DNA from: Fonticula alba ATCC 38817
Lineage: Eukaryota; Protista; Nucleariida
DNA: 9,258 nt
Assembly: GCA_000388065.2 (NCBI GenBank)
Contig: KB932202.1
Reading direction: 5' to 3' (one strand)
The position numbers were made by a program, and so were the translations under genes. How positions within the stretch are numbered: position 1 is the first letter of the stretch; each line of letters opens with the position of its first letter. This document shows, one piece after another, positions 1-7,522 of this stretch. Under the pieces are notes generated by a model. That model had not been told where the DNA came from. It made no database searches and saw only the letters and a program-made list of their open reading frames with translations.

Positions 1-130
1 GAGAGAGAGAAGAAGAGAGGGAGAGAGAGAAGAAGAGAGGGAGAGAGAGAAGAAGAGAGGGAGAGAGAGAAGAAGGGAAGGAGAGAGGGAGAGAAGAAGA
101 GAGGGAGAGAAGGAGAGAGGGAGGGAAAAA
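1..130. repeat. Purine-only tract: 20-bp unit GAGAGAGAGAAGAAGAGAGG x~3.7, then degenerate; lies in IP3R intron 6
   Basis: Three exact copies occupy 1-60, a fourth partial copy runs to 75, and only A/G follows to ~130. Confidence 0.95.
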
Positions 131-243
131 AGATAAATGGAGGAAGCCGCGAGGAACGAGGAAGGTCAATATACACACACAGGACGCCGGACGGAGGAAG
201 GCAGCAGGACCTCCAGACACCCGACGGCCGGAGGCAAACGCAC

Positions 244-987
244 TTGACGAAGGAGGCACGCAGTTCGTCCGGCAGCCGAGAGTCCGACGCGCAGTCCAGC
301 ACCAGCTCGAAGGGGAGCCGCTCGCGCAGGCTGTCGATCCCGGCATACTGACGCTCGGCCGACATCTGCGAAAAGAGGTCCAACTGGGCCTCCAGGTACC
401 GGAGCAGGTGGGCGCTGTCCTCCGGGTCGAAGTCCGACGGGCAGAAGCCCCCGGCCCCGGCCCCGGGGGCCCGGTCCAGCGGGCCCCCGCCCGGTCCCGT
501 GGCGGCCAGCAGCTCCGGCGAGGTGTTCACCGACAGGGACTCCAGCGAGTCGGCCCCGAACTTGCTGGCCACCGAGCTGGTGGCAAAGCACTCGACCCCC
601 GACTCGGCCGCCCGGGCCACCACATCCGACAGGAGGGCCCGGCGGACGATCACCGGCTCCACCGGGTCAGAGCCATCGCCGGTTGGCCGGAAGTAGAAGA
701 GGTTCGGCGCACCGGCCCCGCCGCCGCCACTGCCGCTGAAGGGGATGGCGGCCGTCGCGGTGGCTGTCCCGGCGGCGGCGGCGGCGGCGGCGGCTGCCGC
801 CGTGGCGGCAGTGCTCGCCACCCCGCCGGCCGAGGTGGAAGCCGGCCCGGCCGGGCCCGCCCCGGCCGCCCCGGCCGCTGCCCCCATGCCCGACAGCGAC
901 CCGAGCAGCAAGCCACCGGCCGCGGCTGCGGCACTGCTGGATGCCGGGCCCCCGGGCCCGGCCAACGAAGAGGACGACCCGGAAGCG

Positions 988-1023
<36 letters not shown>

Positions 1024-4000
1024 GCCCCTGTGGCACTTCCGAAGGTGAAGTGCCCGGCCGGCGTGCCGGCCGAGGTGCCCGGGCCGCGGGCCGCCGTTGT
1101 CAGTGGCGACAGCAGCATGTCCGCCGAGGGCGACTCCGCCACCAGCGACCCGCCATCTGGCAACGAGCCAAACTGCGACGCGGTCCAGGCGAGCTCCACG
1201 CCATGCGGCGTGCGCTCCAGGTGGATGAGGATGTCGGCGTTGTCATCACCGAGAACCGCCTCGCAAATGAGCTTCTGCGTCTTGGGAATGGCTTGCCCGC
1301 TGGACACGCAGAGGTGTACACACATGTACACACATGTACACACATGTACACACATGTACACACACACACACACACACACACATGNNNNNNNNNNNNNNNN
1401 NNNNNNNNNNNNNNNNNNNNNNNNNNNNNNNNNNNNNNNNNNNNNNNNNNNNNNNNNNNNNNNNNNNNNNNNNNNNNNNNNNNNNNNNNNNNNNNNNNNN
1501 NNNNNNNNNNNGCGACGCGAGCACCAAAGGGGAGCGGGGGGAAGCCGGGGAAATGGACCGAAGGAGGGACAAAGAACCGCCCCAGGCAAAGACCACACCC
1601 AGGCAAAGACCACACCCAGGCGGGCAAGGCCCCGAGAGAACGAGAGAGAAGCGAGCCACGGAAAGGGCCCCGTGCGCCAGGCAGACAGACACGGTACCTG
1701 GGCCTCGCGGTTCACCCGGATCAGGCTGATGAAGGTCAGGACCTCCGGCCGGCCGAGCGTCGCCTCCAGGAGCTTGCGGTTGTTGTGCAGCAGCGAGGTG
1801 ATGGTGTCCTCGGCCAGGATCCCGAGGCCGATTTGCTCCTGCATGAAGCCAAACCACCGCCCGGCGATGTATTCCTGGTTCTTGCGGTAGGACTTCTGCA
1901 CATGGCGGATCAGCCGGTAGCACAGCTGGCAGATGAGCCGCACCGGCAGGAAGTCCAGGGACAGGGTGGCCAACGGCGAGAGGGCCAGCCGCGAGGGGGA
2001 TGGCGGCTCGGACCCCGGGCTGAGGCTGCTGCTGCTGCTGCTGCTGCTCTCGGCCGGCGAGCCCCCCTTGGACGAGGGCGAGGCCGAGGCCGATGAGGTG
2101 GGCGACATGCGCGGCGGCGACCCGGCCGGCGAGTCGGGCCCCGCCGCCCCCGCGCCCGCCGTGGCCGACGCCAGCTTCCGGTTGAGGAACGGCGCATTCA
2201 GGATTTCAAACAGCCCATCCAGGACATCCTGCTCGCGGAGGAGCTTCTGCCGATTGCGGTCCGGCGCCCCGTCCACCGTCAGGGCATTGCTGGTGGCCGG
2301 GTCGGCGCTCAGCACGAAAAAGATCAGGTCCTGGAGGATCTGGCTGCACCGGCGGATCTCCGACATGGACACATTGGAGGCTACAAAGCGCTGGGCAAAG
2401 TCCCGCAGGAATTCCCCCGACTCGCGGGCCAGGTCCAAGTCCCGGACTTCGCCGGCATCGACCGGGATCAGCTCGAAGGCCTCGCGCGGGTCGCGCAACG
2501 GCGCCGCGCCCAGCTTCTGCATCACGGACTTGCCGCTGGCCTGGTCGATGTGCAGCCGGGTGCTGTGCAGCCAGGTGCCGGTCATGAAGTGCTTAATGCG
2601 CACATAGGAGTCCTGCGGCACTTCCACATCCAGGGCCGACCCCCCGGCGAAGGCGGACCCCCCGGGCCCGGCCCCGGCATCGGGCCCGGCATCCGGCCCG
2701 GCGGCATCCCCCGGGCCGGCGTCCGGTCCGATGGACGCCCCTCCGGGCCCGGGCCCGCCCGGCCCGGCCCCGGCGCCACTCGACCCATCGGCCTGGCCAT
2801 CGGGCCCGGGCCCGCCGGAGCCCGGTCCACCGGGGCCGCTCACGCCGCCGGGCCCGGCCCCGGCAGGCCCACCCCCCACCGGGCCCGAGGCCTTGGTGGG
2901 GATCATCATGAACAGGGTGTTGGCGTCGTTGGGATTGCGCGAAACGGTCAGATGCAGCGGCGGGCGAGCCACCCCGGCCGCCGGGTCCAGCCGCTGCCGG
3001 GTCACGTCGATTTGCGTGTCGGCATCCACATCGATGGCCATGTACGCCCCGGAGGGCAGGTGCCGGAAGCGAAAGAGGCTGCCCCAGCGGCCGATGCCGT
3101 GCTTGGCCCCGGGCGCCGTGCCCGGCAGCCCGAGCCCCGACAGGGCTCGCACATCGCCCCCGGCCCCGGCCCCGGCCCCGGCCCCGACCAAGGGCCCCCC
3201 GGCCGCCGGGAAGTCCAGCAGCAAGCTCGACAGGCTGCTGGAGGAGAGCGATGCTCCCAGGCCGCCGGCCAGGAGCCCCGCCTCCGGGCCGGGCTCCAGC
3301 ACATGCGTCACCGGATCCCCGATGACCTCCACCTGCCAGAGGGCCTGCGAGGAGGTGGCCTCGGTTTTGAGAGCGCGCCCGGTGGACCGGAGGAAGACGC
3401 TCAGCATGTCGCCATACAGGTCGCAGGTGAGGAACTGCCACCGAGGTGAGTGTCGAAGGGAAAGATGTCAGTCAGGGAGAACCAGATGCCCGGGGCAAGA
3501 CACAGGCGCGGGCAGCGGCGCAGGCACAGAAACAGACATGGAAACAGAGCAACAGACACAGACATGGAAACAGAGCAACAGACACAGACATGGAAACAGA
3601 GCAACAGACACAGACACGGACACAAACACGGACACAAACACGTACCTTTTCCTGCTCCGCATGGTAGAAGCGCACAACGTCGCCACTCTTGAGCACGGCA
3701 TTCGGAGCCGAGTGGTGCGACCGGTACAGGCCAATGGTCCAGGGGGTCAACTGCGTGGACACATTCACCTCAAAGGAGTCCGGATGGTCGGGCAGGGGGC
3801 AGGGGGAAAAGTGCAGACCAAGCCCGGCTCCCAGGCTGGAGGACACCAGCATCACCTGGTCGCCGACCATCACCTGGTCGCCGAGGCTGCGCAGCTTGAA
3901 GGCCGGCATGATGGTGAACCAGCATCCCTCGGAGCCAAACTCATCGAAGGTGATGCGCATGGAGTTCTTCTCCAGCAGGGCCGGCAGGCGTCGCTCGGCG

Positions 4001-5096
4001 GCCAGATACTTGTGACTCTTGACATGGCGCAGCTGCAGGCGGCCGGTCGCAACGGGGCGGCAAGCGACGATGGACGGGTGAGTGCGAGCCCGGACAACAC
4101 ACGGGCCGGTGGCCCATTTGCCAGACGCAGTTACGAACCTGGAGCTGCTGGCCGTAGACGACCGGCGCGCCGAGGAAGGAGGACTCCTCGGACTCATTTA
4201 GACGACGCTCCTGCTCGGCCGCGTGCTGGGCACAGGCAAACAACCCGAGGGGGCGAGGGGGGACCGCCGAGGAGCGCACGTCGGCGGGTCAGTCGAGGGG
4301 GTCTCTGGGGGCGGGGCGCGGGGCGCGGGGCGCGGGCGGACCCCCCAAAGGGCGCATGCGTACCTGGAGCTTCTTCATGACCACGATGTCGGAGAAGTTC
4401 GACCCGCCCGACAGCTGGGAAATGTCCCCGGCCTCGGTGGGCACGGCCGCGGCGTTGAGCCGGGCATTGGCCGTCGAGTATTGATTCTGCGCGGAGTACC
4501 GCTTGACCGGGCACACGCGGAAGAGCGAGTCGCGGAAGTACCCGGGGAGCGGGGGACCAGAGCCCCGGAGCTCGGCCGGGCTGGCGCGCGAGGGCTGGAC
4601 GATGCAGCGCGTGTCGATGAGGCTGGCGGATGGCGGATGGCGGATGGCGGATGGCGGGGGGGGGGGGGAGGCAAGTCAGCAATGGATCGTGAACGGGGCG
4701 TCGGCACACCGCCGGCCGGGGAGCCGGCCGACAGGCTGGCGGCCATGGCAGGGGCACATACCCGACCGTGCTCATCATGCCCCACGCGTGCTGCGTGATG
4801 GGCGTCACATCGGAATCCACATGCAGGGCGATGATGTCCCCGTGGCAGAGCCCCGGCAGGGCGACCCCGTCGCCGAGGGAGAAGATGCTGGCCGCGTGCG
4901 AGGAGGCCGACAGGAAGGACGCCGCGTCGTTGTCGCCCATGACCAAGTCCGGCCCGGGACCCCCGGCCCGAGCCGACGGACCGCCGTTGGTCAGCAACAG
5001 CGACCGGGCCGAGTCGAAGAAGGCACGCGGCAGCCCGGGGCCCGGGGCGTCGGCCGGCAGGCCGCCGCCGGCATCTGGCCCGACAGGCTGCGACAT
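244..5096 (-). CDS. ITPR: Inositol 1,4,5-trisphosphate receptor (IP3R Ca2+-release channel), 5' part: suppressor domain, MIR/beta-trefoil, IP3-binding core and RIH/ARM region. Exons 5096-4762, 4622-4364, 4225-4139, 4032-3646, 3434-1698 and ~1313-244 (5' edge of the last is uncertain). 3'-partial.
   Basis: The spliced translation gives HGDIIALH..GMMSTVG|LIDTRCIVQP..YFRDSLFRVCPVKRYSAQ..KKLQ|HAAEQE..YGQQLQ|LRHVKSHKYL..RRLPALLEKNSMR..WFTIMPAFKLRSLGD..GDVVRFYHAEQEK|FLTCD..VFLRSTGR..ALWQVEV..WGSLFRFRHL..SYVRIKH..EVRDLD..RQKLLREQ..ICQLCYRLIRH..YRKNQEYIA..LAEDTITSLLHNNRKLLE..LCVS..TQKLICEAVL..NADILI..QLDLFSQM..RQY..LRASF. This is colinear with the recalled vertebrate ITPR1 sequence. Introns 1-4 are GT-AG with consistent phases (2,0,0,0). 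Donors after exon 5 (gtaccg, 1697) and exon 6 (gtgcgt, 243) are visible. The start is either ATG 5096 or in-frame ATG 4940. Confidence 0.97.
991..1020. repeat. (GCC)10 trinucleotide repeat encoding poly-Ala in IP3R
   Basis: Direct reading; it falls in exon 6. Confidence 0.9.
1314..1384. repeat. (CACATGTACA)4 plus (CA)n; a 71-bp strictly alternating purine/pyrimidine tract flanking the gap
   Basis: Four exact 10-mers occupy 1321-1360, followed by a CA run to 1382. Confidence 0.95.
1385..1511. other. Assembly gap (127 N) inside IP3R intron 5
   Basis: A run of N is directly visible; the true length is unknown. Confidence 1.
1581..1620. repeat. 17-bp tandem duplication CCCAGGCAAAGACCACA x2.3 in IP3R intron 5
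   Basis: Copies at 1581-1597 and 1598-1614, partial copy at 1615-1620. Confidence 0.9.
2025..2048. repeat. (GCT)8 repeat encoding Ser8 in IP3R
   Basis: Reads AGC x8 on the minus strand, in frame within exon 5. Confidence 0.9.
3532..3642. repeat. Minisatellite in IP3R intron 4: 26-bp ACAGACATGGAAACAGAGCAACAGAC x3, then 12-bp ACACGGACACAA x2.4
   Basis: Exact 26-mers at 3532-3557, 3558-3583 and 3584-3609; 12-mers at 3614-3637, ending next to the donor site. Confidence 0.95.
4623..4670. repeat. (ATGGCGG)4 plus a G-run at the 3' end of IP3R intron 1
   Basis: Four exact heptamers occupy 4630-4657. A variant copy at 4623-4629 reads CCGCCAG on the minus strand and is the splice acceptor. Confidence 0.9.
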
Positions 5097-6365
5097 GAGC
5101 GGGACGGCTCGGGCGCGAGAGGCGACCAAAGGTCCAGGGGCCGGGGCCGGGGAGGAGGAAGGGGGAAAGCGGGCGAGGGGGGCAGCGACGAGGGGCGAAG
5201 AGGAGCGAGGGTGCGTCCGACCAGGGGAGCCGGGTGAACAGCGAGGGCAAGATCCCAAGACAGGAGGTGACTCGACGCGTGGTGGGGAACGGGGGGGGAG
5301 GGAGGATTGCTAGCGTCGGCGCCCGGCATGCCCGGCGATCTGCCCGCACTTTTGCCCGGTCTCGTCCGCACGCACACCCCTCGCCCCGGCCGGACCCCAT
5401 GCCGGAGACGGACGAGACCCGGGGCCACCGGCGGCCAAAAGGCGGGGCGGAGGGGCAATGTGCCCGGGGCTCACGCGGGGCTGCAGCGCCGCCGGCCAGG
5501 AGGGGCGCTCGCAGATGCATGCACCTGGGCCCGGGGTGCGGACCGCGCTCCGCCCCCCCCCCCCCTGGCGCACAGCCAGCCAGGCCCGGAGGGCCCGCGC
5601 GAGAAGCAGATGCCCATGACCCGGCGCGCACGGCGCCGCAGACGCTTGCCGCTGGCAGGTGACACACGACGGGAAAACACCAGGGGGCCCGGGCCGGTGC
5701 ATTCCACGGTCCTCCGCCCGACCAGCACCAGGGCCCCTGTCGAATGGTGATATTTCCGCCAAGTGTCCGGTCTGCGCCCACTCGGACTCGCAGCAGCCAA
5801 GGGGGGTGAGGGCCAGGGGGGGGGGGGGACGCCGCGCCCGCCCCTGCGGCTGGGTGCCGGCGATCCGCGCCCCGGGCACGCGCGCGCGCATGTGCGGCTG
5901 CCCCCGGAGGGCGGGGCTCGACGCACGCCCTGGATGCGCATTTTCCCTGCCCACATCCCCTGCCTCAATTAAATGCCCCCCCCTCCCCCCCCTGGACGAC
6001 CGACGCTCGCGCCCTCCGGCAAATGCCCGCCCCCCGGAGGCGACGGGCCGAGCAACAGCCGGGCCCCCGGGCTGCGGTGCCACCGGCGGAGATCGACCGG
6101 ACGGGCAAGCGCCTCGCACAGGCCCCGGCGAACCCGGCCGCTGGCGCACAGCCATATTCCCTCCGGACGCCCCTCGCTGAGCGCATCGCCCCATGCCGGC
6201 TCACGCTTGCCCCCCCCCCCCCCCCGGCGCCCTGAGAGACGGTGGCGGCGGCGGCGGCGGCGGCGAGGGGCTGGGCGCTAGACGCCCGGTTAGACCGTTG
6301 GCACAAGGCTCGCGCGCGGGAATGCGCTGCTCCGTCGGCAGTAGCGGCGGGAGGCCGCCGTGAAG

Positions 6366-6367
<2 letters not shown>

Positions 6368-6415
<48 letters not shown>
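6368..6415. repeat. (AG)24 microsatellite downstream of the PXMP4 stop codon
   Basis: Direct reading. Confidence 0.97.
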
Positions 6416-6421
<6 letters not shown>

Positions 6422-6535
6422 TGTATTCGGGGCTGCGGCTCGGACTGTCGACGCAGGGGGCGGGGGAGCGCGCCGCGGGGCCCCGGCGGCCAATGGTCGC
6501 CGCACGGCAGACAACAAGAAGGGCCCCCCGGCGCG

Positions 6536-6846
6536 CTACTTGTTGTGCCAGAGCAGCGTCCGGAGGCTGGTCCACCATTCGGAGTCCAGGTAAAGGTAGT
6601 CCATGGACTGGCCGAGGGAGCTGGGCAGGGCGGCCGGCCGGTACCGGTGCAGCCACAGGGCCAGGGCCCAGAGGGCCATCGCAAAGGGCCGATGCAGGGA
6701 AGGCAGCGAGCGCGTTTGCCGGGTGAGATCCGGCCGGGCGAGGGCCCGGGCCACGCCCTCCTCGGTCCCCTGCGGGGTGGGGCTCGTCAGGAAGGGGAGC
6801 GACAGGACCCCGACCAGCACGCGGGACATGAGGTACAGGTTGATCT

Positions 6847-6878
<32 letters not shown>

Positions 6879-7522
6879 GCATGGCCGAGGGGGGGCAGAG
6901 GCCGGAGGGCGGCGTCAGCAAGTGAAGCACATACATACACACAAGGGGCGCTCGGGTGCTGGGGGGGGGGCGGGGGAACGAGGCCGCGCCCGGGCACGCA
7001 CCTGTTGGCTGATTGGGCTGCCGTCGCCGAAGATCAGGGCCCCCGCCAGGGCCCCGGCGGCCAGGGCGTGCCATGAAGCCTCGTCCTTCAGCAGCCCGGC
7101 CGGGCCGAAGGCCAGCCCTGGCACGCTGCGCAGAAGCTGCAGCGAGGACTTGTAGATCAGCACAAAGAGGGCCAGCTTGGTGGCATGTGTCTTGGTGGCC
7201 TGGATGATCCGGCGCAGGCGGTCGGGCCACCTGGAGGCGAGGGCCGCCGGGGGCGGGCCGGGCCGGGCCGGGCCGGGCCGGGGCAGCAGGAAGATGACCG
7301 AGAAGGAACCAAGGGAGAGGGTCAGAAGCAGCCGGGCGCTCTGGGCCAGGGCCGGTGGTGTGCGCGCTGCGCGGCTCCGAATGCCGGGACGTACGGCCCC
7401 TTGCCATACAGGAGGGCAATGACCAGGGAGTGCGGAAACCGGACCTTCGCGCCGTACACCAACCCATTCCGGATGCCCTTGACCAGGCTCAGGAGGAAGT
7501 GCAAGCGCGGATCGTCAAGCAT
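6536..7522 (-). CDS. PXMP4: Peroxisomal membrane protein 4 (PXMP4/PMP24, Tim17/22/23-related family), complete, 221 aa. Exons 7522-7395, 7230-7002 and 6844-6536.
   Basis: The spliced product is MLDDPRLHFLLSLVKGIRNGLVYGAKVRFPHSLVIALLYGKGP|WPDRLRRIIQATKTHATKLALFVLIYKS..HALAAGALAGALIFGDGSPISQQ|INLYLMSRVL..WALALWLHRYRPAALPSSLGQSMDYLYLDSEWWTSLRTLLWHNK*. It matches recalled PXMP4 motifs (KGxRNGxVYGxKxRxPHALV; QINxYLxSR; SLQSSMxYLYxDS; LxxNK). Exon lengths 128+229+309=666 nt keep frame, with GT-AG introns of 164 and 157 nt and a TAG stop at 6538-6536. Confidence 0.94.
6847..6876. repeat. (GGGCGC)5 abutting the acceptor AG of PXMP4 intron 2
   Basis: Five exact hexamers immediately followed, on the minus strand, by AG at 6846-6845. 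Confidence 0.9.
7255..7279. repeat. (GGGCC)5 in PXMP4 intron 1
   Basis: Direct reading. Confidence 0.9.

Noticed and set aside
745-1890. 381-aa plus-strand ORF, and the overlapping 408..2096 ORF
   Set aside because: It is the antisense shadow of IP3R exons 5-6 in GC-rich DNA, runs through an N gap and microsatellites, and has no recognisable motif.
3532-3609. Three exact 26-bp direct repeats as a possible CRISPR array
   Set aside because: The repeats are head-to-tail with no spacers, sit inside a spliceosomal intron, and there are no cas genes. It is a minisatellite.
1933-4380. Long plus-strand ORFs 1933..2607, 2550..3449 and 2731..4380
   Set aside because: They lie antisense to well-conserved IP3R coding exons and cross its introns and repeats. 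Long shadow ORFs are expected at this GC content.
244-5096. Ryanodine receptor or O-mannosyltransferase as an alternative identity for the MIR-domain gene
   Set aside because: IP3R-specific motifs (RRLPALLEKN, RQKLxREQ, YRKNQEYIA, LAEDTITxLLHNNRKLLE) are present and no SPRY or transferase motifs are seen.
5097-6535. Several ORFs between IP3R and PXMP4 (e.g. 5310..6194 -, 5471..5968 -, 5659..6180 + with a CPVC motif)
   Set aside because: They have Arg/Gly/Pro-biased composition typical of non-coding GC-rich DNA, cross homopolymer runs, and show no family motif or convincing splice structure. A single CxxC is insufficient. A small unrecognised gene or UTR exon cannot be fully excluded.
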